Translations under genes and position numbers: made by a program
Notes under the pieces: generated by a model
The model's database searches: none
Seen by the model: only the letters and a program-made list of their open reading frames with translations
What the model was told of the DNA's origin: nothing
Virus record (IMG/VR): IMGVR_UViG_3300045988_136292
Location: 1 to 42,418 of that record
Length of the DNA stretch: 42,418 nt
Direction: 5' to 3' (one strand)
From: a virus
Part shown: positions 1 through 7,520 of the stretch, in pieces
How positions within the stretch are numbered: the stretch's first letter is position 1
Layout of the letters: each line of letters begins with the position of its first letter

Positions 1-23
1 TTGTACACCCGATGAGAATCGAA
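1..23. repeat. Left copy of exact 23-bp terminal direct repeat TTGTACACCCGATGAGAATCGAA (putative att core; alternatively a circular-contig overlap)
   Basis: Identical 23-mer at 1-23 and 42396-42418. The right copy is 49 bp downstream of the integrase stop. Confidence 0.8.
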
Positions 24-134
24 ATATCAATGGTTAAACCTGTTATCCCCGTTCTAATGCCTTCTAGATGGCTTTTGAACGGGAATATTACTATCAAAAC
101 CTTTCAAACACTGCCGTAAACGGTCCCTAATTTG

Positions 135-168
135 GTCCCCGATTTTCATCTATCGGGGACTATTTTTT
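135..168 (+). terminator. Intrinsic terminator-like hairpin (9-bp stem GTCCCCGAT/ATCGGGGAC, 8-nt loop) followed by TATTTTTT
   Basis: Read directly from the sequence. The T-run follows the hairpin only on the + strand. Confidence 0.5.
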
Positions 169-254
169 AGTACATATTCCACCATACAACAGCCAGCAGG
201 CGACAGAAATCAAAATGGCTCCTATCGTCCAACTGATCCAGCAATATGTCTATA

Positions 255-734
255 CTACGATCCATATTGCATTGCGGTCATATACTCCCATATCTTACCT
301 TGTGGTCCATCCTCGTCAGCAAAGTAAAACTTATGAGCACCCTTGATGATCTGCGATTCGTCATAGATAGAGCACAGATCCGAATAAAAGCTATTAAAAG
401 CTACGTACTTATCCCACTTAGTTGTACCAGAAGGGAAAGACAGGTTCTTGGTAGCGTCCTCCACTTGGTCAGCACTCCAATGGGCACCTATCTTCTTCTC
501 GCCGCCCGGACCTGTATAGCGGATTTTCTCAATATCCATTTCCGCAAAATTTTTATCGTAGTGCGGACCGTACAAGATAGAATGTTGCTTGCGCATAAAC
601 TCCCAGTACATTGCAGGGTGTTCCTCTTTCAGTACACACAGCATATCACTAAGACCGTCCACACTCTGCCACATTGCCTTGTCAGAGGCTACACCGTTAG
701 CCTTTGCGTTTTTTATTAAATCCTTGTATTCCAT
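255..734 (-). CDS. Hypothetical protein (159 aa), last gene before the left repeat
   Basis: ORF frame is 255-836. The likely start is the ATG at 734 (MEYKDLIKNAK). No recognisable motif. Confidence 0.65.
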   Translation of the reverse strand: MEYKDLIKNAKANGVASDKAMWQSVDGLSDMLCVLKEEHPAMYWEFMRKQHSILYGPHYDKNFAEMDIEKIRYTGPGGEKKIGAHWSADQVEDATKNLSFPSGTTKWDKYVAFNSFYSDLCSIYDESQIIKGAHKFYFADEDGPQGKIWEYMTAMQYGS

Positions 735-867
735 ATTCAAATATATTAAAGTTACATTTTGTTTTATTTCATCGGAGGTGTTCTGACATTTTGCCGGAAA
801 TTTTAAGTGCTTTTTCCTGTCACTTTGTAACAGCAAAACAGTGTTTATGCTATCATTTTGATTAATC

Positions 868-1311
868 CTATTCTATTAGCAATTTCTTTAATTCTATCAA
901 ATCCGCATCGGTTATCTTAATCGCACCCGTCTTGCCAAATAAAATGCTTGTTATCGGATTGTCCGGAAGCGCAAAACGGATACTACCCTTTCCTATGGTC
1001 CCACGGATAAAGCCCTTACCAAATGGCATTTCTTCCATTTCCCGAAGCATGGAAAGCATATCGTTAAAAAGTAAATCCGCATCTACATTGCCATTCTCAT
1101 CACACAAAAACAAAGCGGCATTATCTATCATGTCACCTATCCCGTCCTTTTGTTTAGCAAGGAAATTTTTCGCCCCTCTCTTGAGATACACAGATGCTAC
1201 CTTTAATTGAGGATTATTCGATACAAGCCCGTCAATCCTCTCGTCAATCCATAGCTGCAATGAATCAGCTAGCTTGTCCTTCAGTTCAGTTATATTCTTC
1301 TTAGCCTCCAT
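868..1311 (-). CDS. Hypothetical protein (147 aa)
   Basis: Clean ORF with a 1-nt overlap to the upstream ORF 1311-1802, suggesting translational coupling. No recognisable motif. Confidence 0.65.
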   Translation of the reverse strand: MEAKKNITELKDKLADSLQLWIDERIDGLVSNNPQLKVASVYLKRGAKNFLAKQKDGIGDMIDNAALFLCDENGNVDADLLFNDMLSMLREMEEMPFGKGFIRGTIGKGSIRFALPDNPITSILFGKTGAIKITDADLIELKKLLIE

Positions 1312-1802
1312 TACTTCTTAGATTTTTGTTGCGGTTTCCCGTTTTTCCAGTCAATAAACTCCTGCCATGTCATATCGCTATGCTCCGTAACGTATTCGCG
1401 GAATAAAGCATCCCTTCTCGCTGTTTCCTCCTTGGCTATCTTTGATGTTCTTCTGACAAACGATAGCTGCTGCTCCAATATAGCCTTTCCTTCCGCAGAC
1501 CCTTCTATTTTACCTTTGACAAGAAGAAGGACTTCGGAATTAACCATCTCCTGAATAGCTATGCTGTTATCGTAGTATTCTTTGTTGTTGTTAAGAACAG
1601 CCCGCTCCTGATCGTTCAGGGATGAAACAATACGGTCTATCTCATCCCATATTGGAGTTGGGGTGGATACACGTTGGGGCGATGTAATACCCGGCACCTG
1701 TTTTAATGCCTGAAGCTTCTGTGTATAAGCCTCATTCTCTTGCGCCAGTCTTTCCAGACTTCTTCCCGTAGATAATAATGGATCGCTTTCAAACATTCCC
1801 AT
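1311..1802 (-). CDS. Hypothetical protein (163 aa), coiled-coil-like
   Basis: Clean ORF preceded by a terminator hairpin at 1821-1865. No recognisable motif. Confidence 0.65.
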   Translation of the reverse strand: MGMFESDPLLSTGRSLERLAQENEAYTQKLQALKQVPGITSPQRVSTPTPIWDEIDRIVSSLNDQERAVLNNNKEYYDNSIAIQEMVNSEVLLLVKGKIEGSAEGKAILEQQLSFVRRTSKIAKEETARRDALFREYVTEHSDMTWQEFIDWKNGKPQQKSKK

Positions 1803-1820
1803 AATAATTTTTTTGTTAGT

Positions 1821-1865
1821 GGTTAAATAAAGAAAGTGGCATCGCCCCCGAAGGGGCTTACCACT
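1821..1865 (-). terminator. Intrinsic terminator (AGTGG..GCCCC cgaa GGGGC..CCACT) followed on the - strand by TTTCTTTATTT
   Basis: GC-rich hairpin plus a T-rich tail, directly downstream of CDS 1884-2651. Confidence 0.6.
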
Positions 1866-1883
1866 AACGTTTCTTACTCTTCC

Positions 1884-2651
1884 TTATGCGCTTGGTGTTG
1901 CGCTTGTCTGAGTACGGCAATTGCATCCGTAAGGATTCGCCCCCTCCAGCACTGTCACTGTCGGGGTTGATGGTAAACCCACTACGCCATAGATTGCACG
2001 ACAGGTCTTTCTGTCCGTGTAGCACATGCTTTCTTTCAAGACACTTTCCATACCCATCTGTATAATCTTGTTTTGGTACAGATTGGCCACTTCCATTCCA
2101 TAGACCTTTTTGTCAAGCTCACAGAACTTGGCAGAATAGCGTTCGTTCAATGTGTCGTAAAGATCACGTTGCCCCTTGTACAAACCGAATGCGGCTGTAT
2201 TCAATTTGTCAGTCTGTACATCGTACAAATCACGCATGGATTTATACAAACCAAAATCTCCGTCCACTTGAGATTTCCAAATCTGGAATTTCTCATTAAC
2301 ATCCACATCACGATGAGCGTACATCTGCTCCTGAGTGTTGACTTTAAGTCCCCAAATGGTGTTGGTTAACGCCAAAGCCTCATCACAACCTTTCTCCCAT
2401 GCCTGGAAAGCGGTAGGAGCAACACCGGTACGACCGGAAATAGCATCACTGACTGTGTTGATATTCACGTTTTCAGGCATACCACCGCCAATGCCACCAC
2501 GGCGGCCCCATAGTGCGGCTGCTCCCAAAACGGCACCACCGATGCCGAAACCTAACGCTGTCCCGGCAAGCCCCTTGGATGCGTACTTATCATGATTCTC
2601 ATCATGTACGTACTCCTTCTCTTTAATTACTTGCTTTACTTCTGCTTCCAT
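1884..2651 (-). CDS. Membrane protein of unknown function (255 aa)
   Basis: Glycine-zipper TM segment GLAGTALGFGIGGAVLGAAALWG. Internal duplicated GLYK-x-RDLYD motif. Cys-containing C-terminus. Confidence 0.65.
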   Translation of the reverse strand: MEAEVKQVIKEKEYVHDENHDKYASKGLAGTALGFGIGGAVLGAAALWGRRGGIGGGMPENVNINTVSDAISGRTGVAPTAFQAWEKGCDEALALTNTIWGLKVNTQEQMYAHRDVDVNEKFQIWKSQVDGDFGLYKSMRDLYDVQTDKLNTAAFGLYKGQRDLYDTLNERYSAKFCELDKKVYGMEVANLYQNKIIQMGMESVLKESMCYTDRKTCRAIYGVVGLPSTPTVTVLEGANPYGCNCRTQTSATPSA

Positions 2652-2672
2652 AAATTTATAATTTTGGAATTA

Positions 2673-2688
2673 CGGTCAATATTGACCG
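2673..2688. promoter_or_regulatory. Perfect 16-bp palindrome CGGTCAATATTGACCG (operator-like)
   Basis: Lies in the 57-bp gap between the HTH gene 2709-3005 and the start of 1884-2651. Confidence 0.4.
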
Positions 2689-2708
2689 CTCACAAATGTC
2701 CGTACAAG

Positions 2709-3005
2709 TCACTTGCAGATAAAGTAATTACTTGCTATATACTTGCTAATTACTTTCCAATTGCTTGCAACTGTCCATTTTCTTAATTTTTGGCGGTTCG
2801 AGCGAATAAACGATACACCTTGTCGGGTACGGTTGATAAATCTGCCAATTTCATGATCAGTCAGCATTTTGGACAACGCCATGACCAGTAGATACCTTGC
2901 ATCGGCACATTCCTCCCTGTTGCTGGCTAATATGTCAGCCTCAACAAGACCGGTAACATCACACACAACACCTACTATATCCTTATACAGTTCCTCTAAT
3001 TTCAT
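2709..3005 (-). CDS. Small DNA-binding protein, DnaA domain-IV-like HTH
   Basis: 98 aa from the ATG at 3005 (MKLEELYKDI). The segment REECADARYLLVMALSKMLTDHEIGRFINRTRQGVSFI resembles the DnaA C-terminal HTH. Confidence 0.55.
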   Translation of the reverse strand: MKLEELYKDIVGVVCDVTGLVEADILASNREECADARYLLVMALSKMLTDHEIGRFINRTRQGVSFIRSNRQKLRKWTVASNWKVISKYIASNYFICK

Positions 3006-3226
3006 TTTTATTTCGGTTTTTGAAAACAAAACACCCGAAGTGCTTGTTATTGCCAATGAAGGCCGCAACAACACCACGGGTGTTTATCTCCTTATCCGAC
3101 TGTCAATCCTTTCAGGAGGCGGCTTTCTTTTTTTTCTAAGCCGCAAAAGAATCACTTTTACTATATGAGTTTTTCTATTATATACCACACTTCTACCTGT
3201 GGCGGATAATACTTGATTTTTCTATC

Positions 3227-3634
3227 TCATCTTGCACCTCCCTTCTTCTTTATCAGCCAAATGACTACGATTAGCAATACTAATATAATACCTATAGATA
3301 ACTCTCCTAGTTCTAATTTCGTCTTCTGCCACCATGTTAATTCCTTTTCCACAGGATAGGGAACCCCTACCTCTTTCTCCTTCTCTATATAGGCTGTATC
3401 GCGAATTGTCCTGTCACGGTAGACTATATGCCATTTGTCAACGATTACTGAATCGCCTTTCTCTCTTATATAGACAGAATCCTGAATGTGGATGGAGTCA
3501 CGTTCATGTACGGTAAGATAAAGACTGTCAGTCCTTATTGTTTCTACCGGAACATACCTTATACTCCGGCATGACCCAAACAGCAATAGCAATGCTATCC
3601 CTACTGCAATCCATATATAGATCCTTAGTTTCAT
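3227..3634 (-). CDS. Unimolecular-spanin-like lysis protein (N-terminal lipoprotein signal plus C-terminal TM)
   Basis: N-terminal sequence MKLRIYIWIAVGIALLLLFGSC contains a lipobox-like FGSC. C-terminal TM is LSIGIILVLLIVVIWLI. ATGA start/stop overlap with the lysin gene. Sits directly after holin and lysin. Confidence 0.5.
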   Translation of the reverse strand: MKLRIYIWIAVGIALLLLFGSCRSIRYVPVETIRTDSLYLTVHERDSIHIQDSVYIREKGDSVIVDKWHIVYRDRTIRDTAYIEKEKEVGVPYPVEKELTWWQKTKLELGELSIGIILVLLIVVIWLIKKKGGAR

Positions 3635-4035
3635 AGCAGATCCCATCCCTTATAGATATCCTCCATTACGGCAGGAACACCATTCTCAACATAAGATATA
3701 GCGGCAGCCAAAGAACACATCGTATCTTTATCCTCAATGTCCGGAACATATACTGAAGGTACCTGCATATCCTGACATACCCGTCTGATGTAAGCCCCTG
3801 TATTGTTCTCTGTCTGTGGGGCCCATCTTGTAATAAAGTCTGCAATACAAACACAGTTGTGTCTCCTTCTGTAATTCTGCAATGTACGGATTAAAGCACG
3901 ATAACCCCATTTCATTTCTACAAACTGAAAAAACTCCTTGTCTGTCTGTTTCTCTCTCAATCCCTGCCATTTATCCGTTGTTATTCGGATATTACCCGGA
4001 TTGTTGTTTCTCAAACCTCTTGGTAAACTCTTCAT
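3631..4035 (-). CDS. Putative endolysin / peptidoglycan hydrolase (NNPGNIR-motif family)
   Basis: 134 aa with an LRNNNPGNIR motif. Flanked by a holin-like and a spanin-like gene, with 4-nt overlaps on both sides. Confidence 0.55.
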   Translation of the reverse strand: MKSLPRGLRNNNPGNIRITTDKWQGLREKQTDKEFFQFVEMKWGYRALIRTLQNYRRRHNCVCIADFITRWAPQTENNTGAYIRRVCQDMQVPSVYVPDIEDKDTMCSLAAAISYVENGVPAVMEDIYKGWDLL

Positions 4036-4277
4036 TTCTTTCCCTCCTTTTCTTTTAATTGCTCTATTAAATTATTAAACCGGCTGTTAATATAAATGCT
4101 GATGCCAAAAACACTACCGGCATACAACAGACATTGAGCAAACAACCACAATACACTGTCGTGTATCTGACCCATAGGTTCAGAGCACACAAAGCCAGCC
4201 ACAGCCAAGGACGCTCCCAGTACAAGCATCCCCACAGCGGTTGAATACTGAATGTTTTCTTTTGTCTCCTTTCTCAT
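4032..4277 (-). CDS. Holin-like protein (81 aa, two TM segments, charged C-terminus)
   Basis: TM segments are AVGMLVLGASLAVAGFV and VLWLFAQCLLYAGSVFGISIY. The tail is KEKEGKK. Overlaps the lysin start. Confidence 0.55.
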   Translation of the reverse strand: MRKETKENIQYSTAVGMLVLGASLAVAGFVCSEPMGQIHDSVLWLFAQCLLYAGSVFGISIYINSRFNNLIEQLKEKEGKK

Positions 4278-4354
4278 TGTGCAATAATTTATATGACTTT
4301 CTATCCTTTTTTTTTAATACCATCAATTACACGTTTTGGATTACCCGATTTTTA

Positions 4355-4384
4355 AACTAACCTTTATTTTGTATGACAAAAAAA
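4355..4384 (-). promoter_or_regulatory. Conserved late-gene upstream element, copy 1 (coding sense TTTTTGTCATACAAAA-N-GGTTAG)
   Basis: Same element as at 19291, 22669, 23965 and 24789. Lies 78 nt upstream of the holin ATG. Confidence 0.4.
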
Positions 4385-4419
4385 GAGCCTGCCACGGAAA
4401 TTAATCCGCAACAGGCTCT
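4377..4419 (-). terminator. Intrinsic terminator (stem AGAGCCTG/CAGGCTCT) followed by T7 on the - strand
   Basis: Hairpin plus T-run, directly downstream of CDS 4447-4734. Confidence 0.6.
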
Positions 4420-4446
4420 TGATTTTAAGAGATAGATAACCGGCAA

Positions 4447-4734
4447 TTAATGTCGGTTACCGTGATAAAATCTTATAGCCTCATTGACATATAATGATAC
4501 TGATTGCTCCTTATCCAAGATAGCAGCTACATCCTCCTCTATCGTGACAAATATTTTTCTTACACCTCTAACCTTGGGACGTCTTGGCACACCATTGCTG
4601 TCCAATATCCTGTATATTGTCTGCTCAGACCGTACCCCTGTTTCTCTTATTATCTCTTTGATAGCCATCCCGTCCTTATATAGGGACAACACCCTAGACT
4701 CTTGATCTAGGGTAATAGATCGTCTTCTTGCCAT
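4447..4734 (-). CDS. HTH DNA-binding protein (95 aa)
   Basis: The segment LYKDGMAIKEIIRETGVRSEQTIYRIL is a resolvase/IS-type HTH. The C-terminal KIFVTIEEDVAAILDKEQ..YVNEAIRFY is RHH-like. Confidence 0.6.
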   Translation of the reverse strand: MARRRSITLDQESRVLSLYKDGMAIKEIIRETGVRSEQTIYRILDSNGVPRRPKVRGVRKIFVTIEEDVAAILDKEQSVSLYVNEAIRFYHGNRH

Positions 4735-4799
4735 AATTAATATGTTTTATAACATTTATAATTTGTTGCTCGTTAATTTAAAAAGTTGCACCTTTGCAT

Positions 4800-4930
4800 C
4801 GGACATCAACGATGTTAGTCGCACTTCGGTGCGTGGATTGAAACGACATTAGAAATGTCATTGTGACTTGCTCACAAATTAGTATTTTCTATGCAGCCAC
4901 TGTATAGTGAAGAGGCGGAGAAATCCGCCT
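4800..4930 (+). ncRNA. Candidate structured small RNA, antisense to the surrounding gene direction
   Basis: 230-bp ORF-free gap. Three short hairpins precede a strong + strand terminator: ACATC/GATGT, CGCAC-TTCG-GTGCG and GACAT/ATGTC. An imperfect Bacteroides-type promoter has TTTG at 4762-4765 and CACCTTTG at 4789-4796. Confidence 0.3.
4901..4930 (+). terminator. Strong intrinsic terminator (9-bp stem AGAGGCGGA / TCCGCCTCT, GAAA loop, then G plus T7)
   Basis: Read directly. The T7 run follows the hairpin only on the + strand. Confidence 0.7.
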
Positions 4931-4964
4931 CTGTTTTTTTATTCCCTTACTACTTTTATGCTAA

Positions 4965-5183
4965 TTAGTAGATAACAGCCTTTATCTTCATGTCAGTTAT
5001 ACAAACACTCTCTTGTCTCTGCACGGAATAGTAAGTAACGTGATTGTTCGATACTTCAAACATCGGATAAATCGAATCGGGATCGTCTTTAATTCCTTCA
5101 ACCGTGAATTTAACTATACCTTGCTTTGCTGCCTGTTTGAATGCTCTGCGAAAATCTGCATCTAATGAATTGAAAGTTTTCAT
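4965..5183 (-). CDS. Hypothetical protein (72 aa)
   Basis: Clean ORF with no recognisable motif. Confidence 0.55.
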   Translation of the reverse strand: MKTFNSLDADFRRAFKQAAKQGIVKFTVEGIKDDPDSIYPMFEVSNNHVTYYSVQRQESVCITDMKIKAVIY

Positions 5184-5227
5184 AATCTTGATACTGAATT
5201 AATCTGTTGTCACCAGCTTTATATTTA

Positions 5228-5503
5228 TTACCAAAAAATTTCTTCAACCTCAAATTCTGCCTTCTCTTCCCAATCAAAAAAATCTAAATTCTGTTCATCC
5301 TCTTCTGTCAAGTAGTAATATGCGCGTATCCTATAGCCATCAATATCAATAGGGGCTTCAGCCCACTCTTTTAAACCTACATGTTGCGGTTCAAACGCCG
5401 GATAAATATATCTGCTTGTAGGTTCTGCGCCAGTAGATATAGCTTTATCAGCTATTTCTTCACCAAATCTCTCTACTATTTCTTGATATGTGTAACTTTT
5501 CAT
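5228..5503 (-). CDS. Small, highly acidic hypothetical protein (91 aa)
   Basis: About 25 percent Asp+Glu. The C-terminus is TEEDEQNLDFFDWEEKAEFEVEEIFW. Confidence 0.55.
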   Translation of the reverse strand: MKSYTYQEIVERFGEEIADKAISTGAEPTSRYIYPAFEPQHVGLKEWAEAPIDIDGYRIRAYYYLTEEDEQNLDFFDWEEKAEFEVEEIFW

Positions 5504-5540
5504 AATTGTATGTTTTGTTTGTTATTACTTGTTGTTTTAT

Positions 5541-5612
5541 TATCACAGTGCAAATATACTACATTGTGATATAACAGCAAAACAAATCACAATATATTTT
5601 CTTGTATTGTGT
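5541..5612. promoter_or_regulatory. Cluster of ATCACA(A/G)T half-sites, including inverted pair TATCACAGTG..CATTGTGATA
   Basis: Half-sites at 5541-5550, 5562-5571 and 5585-5595, plus a degenerate one at 5606-5612. All lie just upstream of CDS 5228-5503. Confidence 0.3.
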
Positions 5613-5968
5613 AATATTTAACATTTAAATACAAAATAAAGAACGACCGCCAGCGAAAAGCACAGCAGCCGTTCAATCCACGCCCTACTCTCTATCCCAT
5701 TTTCCCGAGAAGACAATAGCAAAGATATCAATTCTGAAACGAAATACAAAAAGAAAACTATATTAATTAGTTATGAGGAGCCAATTTTGAAACAAAAACC
5801 AATCTTCTTAAAAAATTGCCATTAATGCAATATTTTTTACTTGCAAGATAAATGAAGAGAATTAATAGAACGGCAAGACTGGCGAGTTTGTATATTTATT
5901 GACATGAAACGAATGTTGTGGAATGGGATCGGAAAAACAAGTATAAAACAGATAGCTTTTATAGGTTT

Positions 5969-6481
5969 CTACTGCCTGAGATATTTTTCCGGGGATTTTT
6001 GAGATTTTATTTGATTTTGTTTTACATTTCTACGTTTAGAATACTTCTGGTTAGCCCTTGTCAGATCCTTGATGATTGTTTCATCAAACACTTCCGAATA
6101 TATCTCTGTTGTCTTGACCGATGTATGCCCCAAGAGTTTTTGGACGGTGGTTATCGGAACGCCTTGATGTACCAACAGAGTAGCACAAGTGTGACGACTT
6201 GTATGGTAGGTGAACTTCTTGTTAATACGCGCCATCCTTCCCAATTTCTGCAATGTCCGATTAGTGTCCGAATTGCAACCTAATGCAGCCAGTTGTTCGA
6301 TGCTGTCGTACTTCCGCATTATGCCCAGTGCCTTTCCGTTAAACAGCAGATATAGCGGAATATTGAGTTTTACGCCTGTTTTGATGCTATTCATAACTAG
6401 CCATTCCTTTCCGTCAACTGTTACGAGATTTTTATAAGTCAATTGTTTAAAATCAGAGAATCTCAATCCGCAATCAACCAA
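5969..6481 (-). pseudogene. Tyrosine recombinase fragment (catalytic domain only; N-terminal arm and core-binding domains missing)
   Basis: The frame opens right after a TAA, 6 codons before the catalytic Arg (CGLRFSD). Retains HTSRHTCAT (HxxR) and LLGHTSVKTTEIY (H..Y). The only start available is a TTG. Confidence 0.7.
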
Positions 6482-7348
6482 TTATCAAGACTGCAATTAT
6501 GGTTTGAAAAATTAGGAATACAAAATGTTACTTATGGAATAGTAATGAGAGCTGGAGGTAGTTTACAGCAGCATTTAGACAGTATTATTAATGATGAGCC
6601 TTACGATGAAAATTCAGCATTTAGAATTTATAGGAATGTAAATGGGGAAACTACATACATACCTAATGTAGATCCAACTGACAGGAGCGGAAATACAACA
6701 ACAAACAGTCAAATAAAATTGTCGGATTGTTTGCAATTCGCGGATTGGGATGTAATAACATTCCAACAAGCAAGCTGGGTAAGTGGTAAATGGGAAACAA
6801 TCGAACCGTATTTGCCTTCTTTGATCAAATATGCGCGTTACTATTGTCCTAATAGTGGTGTAAAGATTGGTTGGCAAATGACTTGGGCGTATGCAAAAGG
6901 GTATGGTGGATTATCTTCTTACAATAATTCACAGGAAGAAATGTTCAATGGAATTGTTCAGTGTGCAAAAAATGTATGTTCTTATTACGGAATAGATTTA
7001 ATTGTTCCTAATGGAGTTGTAGTACAGAATTTAAGAAATGTGCCTGAATCTTTTTGGGGTAGTGACTTAATTTCAATTAAAGGAGCGGAACAATGGACTT
7101 CGGAAACTCCTGCATCTGATTTTACCGATGATGGTTTGCATCCTAATAATATTGCGGAATATTGTACATCAGCAGCATTTATAATGGTTATTTATGGTGC
7201 ATGTTACAATAAATCAATAAGAGGTATAGATTTGGTATTGGATAATATTAGTGGTAATTATGCCAAAATAGCTAGACAATGTGTTTTAAAATCAATTGGA
7301 GATAGATTTAACAAGTCTGACATTGATGTTAGCAAAATTTTAGAATAG
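6443..7348 (+). CDS. SGNH-type hydrolase (DUF4886-like), 5'-truncated with no signal peptide or canonical start
   Basis: Block V is DDGLHPN and GGSLQQH resembles the family. The frame opens at 6401 without an ATG (TTG at 6443, first ATG at 6545). Overlaps the integrase fragment on the opposite strand. Confidence 0.5.
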   Translation: MFKIRESQSAINQLSRLQLWFEKLGIQNVTYGIVMRAGGSLQQHLDSIINDEPYDENSAFRIYRNVNGETTYIPNVDPTDRSGNTTTNSQIKLSDCLQFADWDVITFQQASWVSGKWETIEPYLPSLIKYARYYCPNSGVKIGWQMTWAYAKGYGGLSSYNNSQEEMFNGIVQCAKNVCSYYGIDLIVPNGVVVQNLRNVPESFWGSDLISIKGAEQWTSETPASDFTDDGLHPNNIAEYCTSAAFIMVIYGACYNKSIRGIDLVLDNISGNYAKIARQCVLKSIGDRFNKSDIDVSKILE

Positions 7349-7471
7349 TAGAGTAACTAGAAAAGTTATCAGTAACACTCAAAACATATAATATGATCCG
7401 AGACCTAATCATCAGAATAATGATCCATCTGTCCGTAGAAGTACACCCGGATGCGGAATGGTTTTAAGCAT

Positions 7472-7500
7472 AAGGGCTGACCACACCAAGATCAGCCCTT
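7472..7500. terminator. 9-bp-stem hairpin AAGGGCTGA/TCAGCCCTT between convergent genes
   Basis: Read directly. No clear T-run on either strand. Confidence 0.35.
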
Positions 7501-7520
7501 ACATCATAGTTGTCGATGGG

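Noticed and set aside
1-23. Terminal repeat as a pure assembly overlap of a circular contig
   Set aside because: Not excluded, but the repeat sits exactly where an att core is expected: 49 bp past int on the right, and directly after the last cargo gene on the left. That would be an unlikely coincidence for an arbitrary breakpoint.
246-719. + strand ORFs nested in - strand genes, such as 246-719, 2073-2369, 8023-8639, 15311-17524, 21604-21990 and 25238-25618
   Set aside because: They lie antisense within long, well-supported - strand genes, have low-complexity or Cys/Phe/Leu-rich translations and have no independent signals.
2141-2152. Mpi-type inverted-repeat core (ARACGTWCGT-like) for the phage invertase
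   Set aside because: The only match is a partial one (GCGTTCGT) inside CDS 1884-2651, with no inverted partner seen. My scan by eye was not exhaustive.
3666-3970. Alternative-frame - strand ORFs 3666-3854 and 3734-3970
   Set aside because: They lie entirely inside the lysin CDS 3631-4035 in other frames, with no support.
5918-6283. 121-aa + strand ORF
   Set aside because: It is antisense to the integrase fragment and has an alternative start codon, so it is a shadow ORF.
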